DNA of 64,000 bases, taken from the NCBI GenBank assembly GCA_947645355.1, contig CANSCI010000001.1:13638-77637 (forward strand), read 5' to 3'. The translations under genes and the position numbers were made by a program. The notes beneath the pieces are model-generated. The model made no database searches and had not been told where the DNA came from. It saw only the letters and a program-made list of their open reading frames with translations. This stretch comes from an uncultured Dorea sp. GTDB taxonomy: Bacteria > Bacillota > Clostridia > Lachnospirales > Lachnospiraceae. Below, piece after piece: positions 29,115 through 38,571 of the stretch (position 1 is its first letter; every line of letters begins with the position of its first letter).

Positions 29115-29256
29115 AGTCTTTGCATCCTTTCTTGTGTTTGTGATTGTATCATATCAGAAGATCGGAATTGAAAATATAATTTTAGTGATATATATTATAA
29201 TAATAGAGACAAGAATTGAAATTATTTATGGTAATTGCATCAGGAGGTGTTTTATA

Positions 29257-30144
29257 GTGGAGCTTTCTTTCATACAGGATGAAAATGCAGTAGAGATGAT
29301 CGACGGAATGACTTATGAATTTCCCTACACTATGCATGAGAGGGATTTAAGTAATTACATTGTTCCCTGGCACTGGCATGAGGAATTAGAGTTTGATTAT
29401 GCGTATAAAGGTTCGATTATTATTGAAACGATTCATAAAGCATATACGATACACCAGGGTGAGGCATATTTTATAAACACGAATGTTATGAATACAAAGA
29501 GAAAAGCAAAGGAGACATCTGTGGCTGTGGAACATGCCCATCTGTTCCACCCGATTTTATTATCCGGTCATTATCGGAGTATTTTCGAGACAAAATATTT
29601 GAATCCCATTTTAAAAAATCAATCCATTGAGGTTATTATAATTAGAGAGAATACAAAGAGCGGCAAAGAATTTCTGGAGATTCTGCATTCCCTGACCCGG
29701 CTTGGTCAGGCGGAAGATTCAGAGTTTGAAATACGGAGCCTTTTATCCCGGGCGTGGATGGTTCTTGTACAAGAAATAGAAGGCCAGAGGCAAAGAGGAT
29801 TATTTCAGGCGTTGTACCTGCATGAACGGACAAAAAGTATTTTAAGTTATATCCACAGACATTATTCTGAGAAGATAACGATCAGTGATATGGCGGCACA
29901 TGTTGGAGTGAGCACAAAAGAGTGTATCCGGTCGTTTAAAAATGCATTTCATCAGACTCCTATGGATTATCTGATCAGCTATCGTATGGAACAGGCAAAA
30001 CGGTTTCTGAAGGAGACAGATGAGACGATTACAGATATTGCATTCCTGACAGGGTTTCATGACAGCGCTTATTTTAGCAAGACATTTAAAAAATATCTGG
30101 GGATGACACCAAAAGAATTTCGGAAAATCCATAAAAAGTATTGA
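29257..30144 (+). CDS. AraC-family regulator, divergent from the ADH gene
   Basis: VPWHWHEELE cupin and a C-terminal double HTH GFHDSAYFSKTFKK..GMTPKEFR. RBS aggagg before GTG 29257. Confidence 0.92.
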   Translation: MELSFIQDENAVEMIDGMTYEFPYTMHERDLSNYIVPWHWHEELEFDYAYKGSIIIETIHKAYTIHQGEAYFINTNVMNTKRKAKETSVAVEHAHLFHPILLSGHYRSIFETKYLNPILKNQSIEVIIIRENTKSGKEFLEILHSLTRLGQAEDSEFEIRSLLSRAWMVLVQEIEGQRQRGLFQALYLHERTKSILSYIHRHYSEKITISDMAAHVGVSTKECIRSFKNAFHQTPMDYLISYRMEQAKRFLKETDETITDIAFLTGFHDSAYFSKTFKKYLGMTPKEFRKIHKKY

Positions 30145-30200
30145 CAAATTTGCAATCCCTGATATCATAAAATATGAACATATGATTATATATTCATATG
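30141..30200 (+). promoter_or_regulatory. Promoter with SmtB/CzrA-type operator
   Basis: TTGACA at 30141. atatgaacatatgattatatattcatat resembles TGAACA-N2-TATTCA boxes. Confidence 0.55.
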
Positions 30201-30223
30201 ATAAAAATTTTGGAGGGTCTGCT

Positions 30224-32533
30224 ATGGGAGAAATACTGAAGAAACATACCGATACATGCAGCTGTGGATGCAATCACGAACATAATCACGAACACAGTCA
30301 CGCGCATGAGGAGGATTGCAGTCACGGTCACACGCATGGTGATGATTGCGTTCATGGTCACGCGCATAAGGATAATTGCAGTCACGATCACGGACATTGT
30401 CAGGAGGAGCGCGCATTGGCAGAGTTTCCGGAGAATGTGAAGAAGAGAGTTTATATACTTGAGAATCTGGGGTGTGCCAATTGTGCTGCCAAGATGGAAC
30501 TTAAAATCAATGAATTGCCGGAGGTAGAGCGGGCATTGATTACTTATGCAACAAAGCAGCTGGCCGTTGCATCGGACAGCCGGGAGGATCTGCTTCCAAG
30601 GCTGCAGCAGATCTGTGCCTCAATCGAAGATGGGGTTGTGGTAGTACCAAGAGAGGAGTCAGAGAAACAAAGCCGGGAAAAAAGAACTGTTTTTGAGGAG
30701 AACAAGAAAGATATTCTGACTCTTGGGGCAGGAATCGGACTGTTTGCCGCAGGTCTCATTATTCAGGGATTTTGTGCAGAACCGGGGATATCTGCAGCTG
30801 CGTTTTTGGCAGCCTATATTATCATGGGATATGGGATTGTGTGGACGGCAGTAAAGAATCTGGCAAAGGGACATGTATTCGATGAGAATTTTCTGATGAG
30901 CATTGCCACGATTGCGGCGTTTGTGATCGGGGATTTTGCCGAAGCGGCAGGAGTCATGCTGTTCTACCGGGTGGGAGAACTTTTTGAGGAGATCGCGGTC
31001 AGCCGCAGCCGTTCTCAGATCATGGACGCTGTTGACTTAAGACCCGAGGTGGTGAATCTTGTTCAAGGCAGCGGGGTGAAGGTCGTACCGGCCGGTGAGG
31101 CGAAGATCGGTGATGTGATTCTGGTGCGTCCCGGGGATCGTATTCCCCTGGATGGCATTGTTGTTGAAGGAAGAAGTCAGGTTGACACCTCGCCGGTAAC
31201 AGGAGAGCCCGTTCCAGTCAGAGTGTATCCGGGAGCAGAGATCTATTCCGGCTGTGTCAATGATCAAGGAGTATTAAAGCTTCAGGTTCAGAAGCCGTTA
31301 AGTGAATCTATGGTGACCAGGATCCTGGATTCGGTGGAAAATGCCGCCGCCAGCAAGCCGAGGATCGACCGGTTTATTACCAGATTTGCCAGAGTCTATA
31401 CTCCTGTGGTAGTTCTTCTTGCCGCTGCGACAGCCATCCTCCCCTCGCTGCTGACAGGTGACTGGGAGCACTGGGTCTACACAGCAATCACATTTCTTGT
31501 GATCAGCTGCCCCTGCGCCTTGGTGCTGAGTGTGCCGCTTGCCTTTTTCTCCGGTATCGGGGCAGGTTCAAGAAGAGGGATCCTGTTTAAAGGAGGGGTT
31601 GCGATCGAGGCACTAAAAGATATCAAGGCTGTTGTTATGGATAAGACAGGAACACTTACAAAAGGGAATTTTGTAGTTCAGAAAGTAGTGACATTTCACA
31701 AACTGACTGAAAAGCAGATCCTGACGGCAGCGGCAGATTGTGAGCTTGACTCAACACATCCTATCGGGAGCAGCATTGTGGCCCTGGCAAGGGACAAAGG
31801 ACTGGAACTTATAAGACCTGAGGAGACAGAAGAGATCCCGGGCAAAGGGATCCGGGCTGTATTTCCAGTGGGGACAGTGCTCTGCGGCAGCCGTACGCTG
31901 ATGGAGATGTATCATGTAGATATGGGCGGCCATGAGGATGTACAGTATGGTACGGAAGTGCTGATTGCTGTAGACGGCGTACTGGAGGGGCGCCTGATTG
32001 TGGCGGATGCTATCAAACCTGAGGCGAAAGCTTCGGTAGAAAAGATGAAGTCTCTGCACCTGGCTGCCGGTATGCTGACAGGGGATGACAGAAACAGCGC
32101 TCTGGCAGTAGCCGGAGAGATCGGGATCGACGAAGTCCATGCACAGCTGCTTCCTCAGGACAAACTAAGCCGTCTAAAGGATATTCGCAGCAAATATGGT
32201 GCTGTCATGTTTGTGGGGGACGGGATCAATGATGCACCTGTCCTTGCAGGCGCGGATGTGGGTGCGGCCATGGGCAGCGGCGCGGATGCAGCTATTGAGG
32301 CTGCCGATGTTGTCTACATGACCTCATCCGTAGAGGCCATACCGGAGTCGATAAGAATCGCAAGGAGCACGGGCCGGATCGCCATGCAGAATGTAGTGTT
32401 CGCGCTTTTGATTAAATTCATGGTTATGGTTCTTGGGTTTGCAGGATATGCCAATATGTGGATGGCGGTATTTGCAGATACAGGGGTCGCTATGCTGTGT
32501 GTGTTGAATTCTGTCCGGATTTTGAGAAAATAG
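30224..32533 (+). CDS. cadA: Zn/Cd-exporting P1B-type ATPase with His-rich N-terminus
   Basis: His/Cys-rich repeats, GCANC HMA domain, TGE, CPC, DKTGT, HP, GDGINDAP, K in TM7 and FADTG in TM8. Confidence 0.92.
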   Translation: MGEILKKHTDTCSCGCNHEHNHEHSHAHEEDCSHGHTHGDDCVHGHAHKDNCSHDHGHCQEERALAEFPENVKKRVYILENLGCANCAAKMELKINELPEVERALITYATKQLAVASDSREDLLPRLQQICASIEDGVVVVPREESEKQSREKRTVFEENKKDILTLGAGIGLFAAGLIIQGFCAEPGISAAAFLAAYIIMGYGIVWTAVKNLAKGHVFDENFLMSIATIAAFVIGDFAEAAGVMLFYRVGELFEEIAVSRSRSQIMDAVDLRPEVVNLVQGSGVKVVPAGEAKIGDVILVRPGDRIPLDGIVVEGRSQVDTSPVTGEPVPVRVYPGAEIYSGCVNDQGVLKLQVQKPLSESMVTRILDSVENAAASKPRIDRFITRFARVYTPVVVLLAAATAILPSLLTGDWEHWVYTAITFLVISCPCALVLSVPLAFFSGIGAGSRRGILFKGGVAIEALKDIKAVVMDKTGTLTKGNFVVQKVVTFHKLTEKQILTAAADCELDSTHPIGSSIVALARDKGLELIRPEETEEIPGKGIRAVFPVGTVLCGSRTLMEMYHVDMGGHEDVQYGTEVLIAVDGVLEGRLIVADAIKPEAKASVEKMKSLHLAAGMLTGDDRNSALAVAGEIGIDEVHAQLLPQDKLSRLKDIRSKYGAVMFVGDGINDAPVLAGADVGAAMGSGADAAIEAADVVYMTSSVEAIPESIRIARSTGRIAMQNVVFALLIKFMVMVLGFAGYANMWMAVFADTGVAMLCVLNSVRILRK
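30296..30400 (+). repeat. Degenerate ~30-nt coding tandem repeat (H-x-H-x-H-x-x-x-C units)
   Basis: cagtcacggtcacacgcatggtgatgattg / cgttcatggtcacgcgcataaggataattg and flanking partial units. Confidence 0.75.
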
Positions 32534-32661
32534 GACAATATTGCACAGATGAACTGTTACAAAAGTATTAATTTTGGTTGCTTTTTATGCCAAATGGTTG
32601 AAATGATTCCGACCATTTGGCATAATTAGTTAATGGGCTGGGATTCAAAGGAATCGAAAGG

Positions 32662-33030
32662 ATGGCGTCTATGAAAAAAACAGAAGTAGAGTGCTGTGAA
32701 GTTACCTGTGTGCATGATGATAAGATAAAGGAAGTCTTAAAGGAGATGCCGCCGGAAGAGGTAATTAAGGAACTGGCAGATTTTTATAAGGTCTTTGGAG
32801 ATGCTACAAGAGTGAAGATCCTGTGTGTACTTTTAAGATCCCAGATGTGCGTATGCGACCTTGCACAGATGCTGGGAATGACACAGTCGGCAATTTCCCA
32901 TCAGCTCAGGGTCCTGAAGCAGATGAAGCTGGTGCGCAATAAAAGGGACGGAAAGACTGTATATTATTCTCTGGCAGACGGGCACATTCAGAATATTATA
33001 AGCCAGGGGATGGAGCATATAATGGAATAG
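32662..33030 (+). CDS. ArsR/SmtB (CadC-like) metal-sensing repressor
   Basis: N-terminal CCEVTCVH, FKVFGDATR-like region, MCVCDLA, SAISHQLR.LK, YSLADGHI...EH. Confidence 0.92.
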   Translation: MASMKKTEVECCEVTCVHDDKIKEVLKEMPPEEVIKELADFYKVFGDATRVKILCVLLRSQMCVCDLAQMLGMTQSAISHQLRVLKQMKLVRNKRDGKTVYYSLADGHIQNIISQGMEHIME

Positions 33031-33057
33031 TTCATATATTGGCAAAAGGGAAGAAAT

Positions 33058-34920
33058 ATGACAGCACAATTAAAAAAACGAAGTATTATCTATGGGGCCG
33101 GAGTATTTGTCTACACGTGCGCAATTGCGACTACTACGTATAATATGATGGGTGACTGGGCTAAGTTTATTTGGTTTTTGCTGGCCTATCTGATTGTAGG
33201 CTTTGATGTATTCCGGAGTCTGGCAGAAAAGTTCACAGAGAAAAAATTTTTGACAGAGTATACTTTGATTACGCTGTCTACAGTCGGTGCCTTCGGGATC
33301 GGAAGATATATGGAAGGCGTGCTTGTAATGCTTTTATTTGAACTTGGAATTCTTTTTCAGGCTTATTCTACCGACCATGCGAAGCGTTCCATCGAAGAGA
33401 TGATCGACATCCGTCCGCCGTATGCTACAAGGCGGATGTTCGGTGAGGAACATCAGGTGGATCCTGCAGAGCTTAAGGTCAACCATATTATTATTATCCG
33501 TCCGGGCGAGCGTGTTCCGGTAGATGCGGTTGTGCGGGTCGGGTCTTCCATGCTGGATACGAAGGCGGTGACCGGTGAGCCCATACCGAGAAAGGTGACG
33601 CCGGGAGACCGGATCTTCAGCGGGTGCATCAATCTGAGCGGTGTCCTTGAGGCTCAGGTGACAAAAGAATATGTAGACTCAACAGTATCAAAGATTATGG
33701 AGATGGTAGAGGAGGCGCAGAATAAAAAGGCGGAGAGCGAGACTTTTATCTCCAAATTTTCCAAAATATATACGCCGGTTACATTTTTATTTGCATTTTT
33801 GGTTATGATTTATCCTCCGCTTACATTTTCTTATGGGAATTGGGATACATGGATTTACCGCGGGCTGATCTTCCTCATTGCAGCCTGCCCAAGCGGGCTT
33901 ATTATGTCCATTCCGGTGGCATTTCTCGGCGGACTTGCATCTGCCGCCAGGCAGGGAATTGTGATCAAGGGAGCCAATTATCTGGAGGATCTGTCAAAGG
34001 CAGATACTTTTATATTCGATAAGACAGGAACATTGACAGAGGGCGTGTTCAAGGTGCAGGAGGTTAACCCTGTGGGTATGACTAAGGCGGAACTCTTGAG
34101 AATTGCCGCTTATGTCGAAAGTTACTCGAACCACCCGATTGCCCAGTCGCTGATGCAGGCTTACGGCAAGGAGATTGACCGGACCAAGGTATATGCAGTG
34201 AAGGAGATCCCGGGGTACGGGATTAATGCGACATACGAGGGTGAGAAGGTACATGTAGGGAATTTCCGAATGATGGAAAGATATGGAATCAAGGTAGATG
34301 AGATCGACACAGCGGGGACGGTGGTTTATGTATGTAAGGGACAGAGATATGCAGGCTATATCCTTATATCAGACGTGATCCGGGAGCGCGCCAAATGGAC
34401 GCTCAGATATCTGAAGGACAAATGCCGTGCCGTGCTTGTAATGCTTACCGGAGATACCGAGCGGTCGGGCATGGAGGTCGCCCAGGAGCTGGACATGGAT
34501 TACGCATATACAGAGCTGATGCCTGCCGATAAGATGGAACAGCTGGAGGATTTTATGGTGATCCAGGACGAGACGGAAAAGGTAGTCTGCGTTGGTGACG
34601 GTGTCAATGACGCGCCGGTTCTTGCGCGCGCGGATGTCGGTATTGCCATGGGAGCCCTTGGGTCGGCGGCTGCAATCGAGGCGGCGGATATCGTGCTTAT
34701 GGAGGATGAACTTTCCAAGATCGCGGATGCGATCCGTATTTCCAAGGAGACCTTGCGGGTGGTCAGTCAGAATATCACATTTGCTATGGCTGTTAAGGTG
34801 ATGATCCTGGTGCTTGCCGCAATCGGATATTTTGGTATGTGGGAGGCTATTATCGCAGAGGTGGGGGTTGTCTTTGTAGCTGTACTCAATGCGGTAGGAG
34901 TTGTAAAATACGTAGCTTAG
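33058..34920 (+). CDS. Atypical P1B-type ATPase (CPS motif, no N-terminal metal-binding domain)
   Basis: TGE, DKTGT, HP, TGD and GDGVNDAP intact. TM6 reads ACPSGL. Confidence 0.88.
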   Translation: MTAQLKKRSIIYGAGVFVYTCAIATTTYNMMGDWAKFIWFLLAYLIVGFDVFRSLAEKFTEKKFLTEYTLITLSTVGAFGIGRYMEGVLVMLLFELGILFQAYSTDHAKRSIEEMIDIRPPYATRRMFGEEHQVDPAELKVNHIIIIRPGERVPVDAVVRVGSSMLDTKAVTGEPIPRKVTPGDRIFSGCINLSGVLEAQVTKEYVDSTVSKIMEMVEEAQNKKAESETFISKFSKIYTPVTFLFAFLVMIYPPLTFSYGNWDTWIYRGLIFLIAACPSGLIMSIPVAFLGGLASAARQGIVIKGANYLEDLSKADTFIFDKTGTLTEGVFKVQEVNPVGMTKAELLRIAAYVESYSNHPIAQSLMQAYGKEIDRTKVYAVKEIPGYGINATYEGEKVHVGNFRMMERYGIKVDEIDTAGTVVYVCKGQRYAGYILISDVIRERAKWTLRYLKDKCRAVLVMLTGDTERSGMEVAQELDMDYAYTELMPADKMEQLEDFMVIQDETEKVVCVGDGVNDAPVLARADVGIAMGALGSAAAIEAADIVLMEDELSKIADAIRISKETLRVVSQNITFAMAVKVMILVLAAIGYFGMWEAIIAEVGVVFVAVLNAVGVVKYVA

Positions 34921-34928
34921 GAGGCATT

Positions 34929-35453
34929 ATGAAGAGATTTTGTACAGTGCTTGCAGTTGTGCTGGTGTCCCTTCTGCTTGGCGGATGCGGGGCAGACCCT
35001 TATGAGGAGGGAATGGAACAGCTGGAAAACGGGCAATATAAAGAAGCAGCCGAAAGCTTTGGACAGGCTGTAGAGAAGGGAAAAAATACAGCGGATTCTT
35101 ACAGAGGGCTTGGGATCGCGCGTTGGGAGCAGGAAGATTATGAGGGCGCGAAAGAAGCATTTGAACACGCACTGAAAGAGGGCGGCAAGAAGACGGGCAC
35201 AATCTACAATCTTCTTGGAACCAGTGAGATGAAGCTTGAAAATTATGAAGATGCCTTGAAATATTACGAGGAAGGCCTGAAGGCAGAGGGGAACAGTAAG
35301 GAACTGGCCCAGGAGATGGAGTATAACAGCATTGTGGCTTATGAAAAACTGGAAGATTGGGAGAAAGCCAAAGAGAAATTAAATGCGTATGTAGAGAAAT
35401 ATCCGGACGATGCCGAGGCTTCTAAAGAAGCGGAGTTTTTGAATACAAGATAG
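34929..35453 (+). CDS. TPR-repeat lipoprotein
   Basis: Signal peptide with lipobox LLGGC and TPR-like repeats. RBS aggagg before ATG 34929. Confidence 0.85.
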   Translation: MKRFCTVLAVVLVSLLLGGCGADPYEEGMEQLENGQYKEAAESFGQAVEKGKNTADSYRGLGIARWEQEDYEGAKEAFEHALKEGGKKTGTIYNLLGTSEMKLENYEDALKYYEEGLKAEGNSKELAQEMEYNSIVAYEKLEDWEKAKEKLNAYVEKYPDDAEASKEAEFLNTR

Positions 35454-35463
35454 AGGATGATAT

Positions 35464-36735
35464 ATGATAGAATTAAAAAAAGAGCCGGAGCGGGTGCTGC
35501 TGGTTGGAGTAAGCCTCCCAGGCCGGAAAGATACGGAGGATTCCCTGGAGGAGCTTGCCAGGCTTGCAGAGACGGCGGGGGCAAAGACAGTAGGCCTGGT
35601 GATCCAGAGCCGGGAACAGGTGCATCCCGGGACTTACGTAGGAAAAGGAAAGATAGACGAGATCAAAGACCTGTTGTGGGAGATGGACGCAGCAGGTATT
35701 ATTTGTGATGACGAACTTTCACCGGTTCAGATGAAGAACCTTCAGGATGAACTGGAGGTGAAAGTGATGGATCGGACGCTTGTGATCCTTGATATTTTTG
35801 CGGCTCGGGCGTCCACCAGCGAAGGGAAGATCCAGGTGGAACTGGCTCAGCTTAAATACAGGCAGACAAGGCTTACCGGTTTCGGAACCTCTTTGTCCAG
35901 GCTTGGCGGCGGAATCGGTACGCGCGGCCCTGGAGAGAAGAAGCTTGAGATGGACCGCCGGCTGATCAAGAGCCGTATTGCGCAGCTTAACAGGGAACTG
36001 AAGGAAGTAAAAAGGCACAGGGAGATCGTTAGAGGGAGAAGAAGCAGGAACCATGTTCCGGTGGCAGCCATTGTAGGATACACCAACGCCGGGAAATCCA
36101 CACTTTTGAACCGGCTTACCGGCGCGGATATCCTTGCGGAGGACAAGCTGTTTGCGACACTGGACCCGACAACAAGGGGACTTAGGCTTCCCGGAGGACA
36201 GGAGATTCTTCTGACGGATACCGTAGGGTTTATTAATAAGCTGCCCCATCACCTGATCGAGGCATTCAAAAGCACACTGGAGGAAGCAAAATATGCAGAT
36301 CTGATCCTTCATGTGGCAGATGCATCCAGCCCGCAGATGGATATCCAGATGCACACGGTATATGAGACACTTTATCATCTGGGGGTAAAAGATCAGCCGG
36401 TTATTACTGTGTTTAACAAACAGGATCAAGTAGAAGGGGATCGGATGATCAGGGATTTTAAGGCAGACAGTACGGTGAGGATCTCAGCGAAGACGGGAGA
36501 AGGGCTTGAAGAGCTTGCCGGCCAGATTGAGGCAGTCCTGCGTCAAAAGAATGTTCTGCTGGAAGGTCTGTACCCCTACTGTGAGGCTGACAGGCTGCAG
36601 CTCATCCGCAGATACGGGAAACTTGAGGAAGAAGATTACCGGGAGGACGGTGTCTTTGTCAGGGCATATGTTCCGGCAGATCTCTATGACAAAGTTTGTG
36701 TATCCCGGCAGGATTCGCCGAACAGCCCCTTGTAA
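35464..36735 (+). CDS. hflX: GTPase HflX
   Basis: SLEELARLAETAG, QVELAQL.Y, GGIGTRGPGEKKLE.DRR, GYTNAGKST, DTVGFI, NKQD. Confidence 0.97.
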   Translation: MIELKKEPERVLLVGVSLPGRKDTEDSLEELARLAETAGAKTVGLVIQSREQVHPGTYVGKGKIDEIKDLLWEMDAAGIICDDELSPVQMKNLQDELEVKVMDRTLVILDIFAARASTSEGKIQVELAQLKYRQTRLTGFGTSLSRLGGGIGTRGPGEKKLEMDRRLIKSRIAQLNRELKEVKRHREIVRGRRSRNHVPVAAIVGYTNAGKSTLLNRLTGADILAEDKLFATLDPTTRGLRLPGGQEILLTDTVGFINKLPHHLIEAFKSTLEEAKYADLILHVADASSPQMDIQMHTVYETLYHLGVKDQPVITVFNKQDQVEGDRMIRDFKADSTVRISAKTGEGLEELAGQIEAVLRQKNVLLEGLYPYCEADRLQLIRRYGKLEEEDYREDGVFVRAYVPADLYDKVCVSRQDSPNSPL

Positions 36736-37526
36736 GCCCGTGAAAAGGTAGAGTAATCGTGATATCCGCAGTCAAAACAGGCCTGCGTGCCTGGTACGCC
36801 GGAGGTGATGAGTTCTTTTGCGAGAAGAAGCCTTTTCTGCGTGATATAATTTCCGATGGTGTAGCCGGTTTCTTGTTTGAACTGGCGCATCATATGGTAT
36901 TTACTGATATAGAAATGCCCGGCCAGCGCGTCGATGGACAGATCCCCGTCAAGATGCTCATTGATATATTGGAGGATCTGGACGATTTTGGCATTACAAT
37001 TGTCCGTATCAATGAATTCCAGCCGGTTTTTTGCTGCACTTCTATTAAGATGGATCATAAACTCTAAAAACAATACCTGGCGGTAAAGCCCGGCAGCATA
37101 TCCGTCATCCAGAAATGACTGCTCCAGTCTTAAAATAGCCCGGAACAGGGAACTTTTTTCAAGGGAAGGGATGCGCAGAACATTGGAGTGTTCTGCTGCT
37201 GCTTTTTGAAAACAGAAGCTTAAGTCGTAGGAATCCGTCTTATAGGCATTCATGAATCCTGGGGAGATGTAAACGATGATCCGCTCATATATCGTAGAGG
37301 TATCCACGCTTAGCCGGTGGATGTCGTTGTGTTTTACAAGCACAATATCGTAAGGCTTTAATTCATAAGATTTTCCTTCTACCATATAATTAACGATACC
37401 TTTTATGAAGATGGTAATCTTGTCAAAATCGTGGTAGTGGTATTCAATTTCGCGGGTTTCACAGTCTGTCAGGTGGAAAAGCCTGAATTCACTGTTCAGA
37501 TAACCTTTTTTCTCATATTGCTCCAT
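36684..37526 (-). CDS. AraC-family regulator
   Basis: YHYHDF cupin and HTH ..CGYHDYSTFSRAYK. 3' end overlaps hflX by 52 nt. Confidence 0.9.
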   Translation of the reverse strand: MEQYEKKGYLNSEFRLFHLTDCETREIEYHYHDFDKITIFIKGIVNYMVEGKSYELKPYDIVLVKHNDIHRLSVDTSTIYERIIVYISPGFMNAYKTDSYDLSFCFQKAAAEHSNVLRIPSLEKSSLFRAILRLEQSFLDDGYAAGLYRQVLFLEFMIHLNRSAAKNRLEFIDTDNCNAKIVQILQYINEHLDGDLSIDALAGHFYISKYHMMRQFKQETGYTIGNYITQKRLLLAKELITSGVPGTQACFDCGYHDYSTFSRAYKGLFGESCRDTQTLS

Positions 37527-37673
37527 AAAAACTGCTCCTTTTGGGTATTAATATAATAGTAATCCATAAGAGCACGATTTGCAATATAGATGGCAGGATT
37601 TGTGTTGAAATGGGAAATCATGCCTGTTATGATAGTCTTAGGAAATTAAGAATGACCGAATCGGAGGTAGAAT

Positions 37674-38531
37674 ATGAAAGTTGTATTGGAACGTTACCAT
37701 GGGCTTGGCAATGATTATGTAGTGTATGACCCGAATAAAAATGAACTTGGCCTTACACCGGAAAATGTAAAGATCATCTGTGACCGTAATGCAGGGCTTG
37801 GTTCTGACGGAGTGCTTGAGGGTCCGATTCAGACAGAGGACGGCATGTTTGTAAAGGTGTGGAACCCGGACGGGAGTGAATCCGAGACCAGCGGGAACGG
37901 TGTGCGTATTTTTGCCAAATATCTGAAGGATGCCGGATATATCCAAAAGAAAAATTTTAAGCTTTATACAGGAAACGGCCCGGTAGAGGTTACATTTTTA
38001 AATGAGGACGGGAGCAGACTTCGGGTATCCATGGGGAAATTATCTTTCTGGAGTGATGATATTCCAGTCACAGGGGAGCGGCGTGAGGTCATCAATGAGG
38101 ATATGGTATTCGGAAGGACGTTGTATCCGGTTACCTGTGTCAATATCGGTAATCCGCACTGTGTCATTCCTATGCGGGAGATCTCCAGGCCTCTGGTAAC
38201 GAAGATCGGTGATTATGCGGAAATTGCAAGGTATTTCCCGAACCGAATCAATACACAGATCATGAAGGTGATGGATAAGGAGAACCTTGCGATTGAGATT
38301 TATGAGAGAGGGGCAGGGTATACGCTTGCATCCGGGACCGGCGCCTGCGCGGCCGCAGGTGTTGCATATAAGCTTGGCATGACGAACAATAAAGTAGTCG
38401 TCCATATGCCGGGCGGTGAACTCCAGGTCGAGGTAGAGGACGACTGGACGGTGTTTATGACCGGAGATGTCTTCTATGTGGCTAAGTTGACGCTCAGCAA
38501 TGAATTTGTAGAAAAATTAAGAAGCGTGTAA
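37674..38531 (+). CDS. dapF: Diaminopimelate epimerase-fold enzyme (Ser/Ser active-site variant)
   Basis: YHGLGNDY, DRNAGLGSDG, NPDGSE..SGNG, GNPHCV, ERGAG.TLASGTGACA, PGG.L. Confidence 0.8.
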   Translation: MKVVLERYHGLGNDYVVYDPNKNELGLTPENVKIICDRNAGLGSDGVLEGPIQTEDGMFVKVWNPDGSESETSGNGVRIFAKYLKDAGYIQKKNFKLYTGNGPVEVTFLNEDGSRLRVSMGKLSFWSDDIPVTGERREVINEDMVFGRTLYPVTCVNIGNPHCVIPMREISRPLVTKIGDYAEIARYFPNRINTQIMKVMDKENLAIEIYERGAGYTLASGTGACAAAGVAYKLGMTNNKVVVHMPGGELQVEVEDDWTVFMTGDVFYVAKLTLSNEFVEKLRSV

Positions 38532-38571
38532 AATTAAGATATGATATACTAAGGCATAGGAGGAAAACCCT

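Noticed and set aside
30270-30400. CRISPR-like periodic repeats
   Set aside because: The units are degenerate, contiguous, in frame and encode the His-rich tail. No spacers or cas genes.
32586-32623. 13-bp inverted repeat upstream of the ArsR gene as a riboswitch or ncRNA
   Set aside because: A simple hairpin with no recognisable aptamer. Could be a terminator or operator but cannot be assigned.
37570-37605. Sigma-54-like motif between araC and dapF (gagcacgatttgca / tggcaggatttgtg)
   Set aside because: The GG-N10-GC spacing is not met. More likely an AraC-type direct repeat, and too weak to call.
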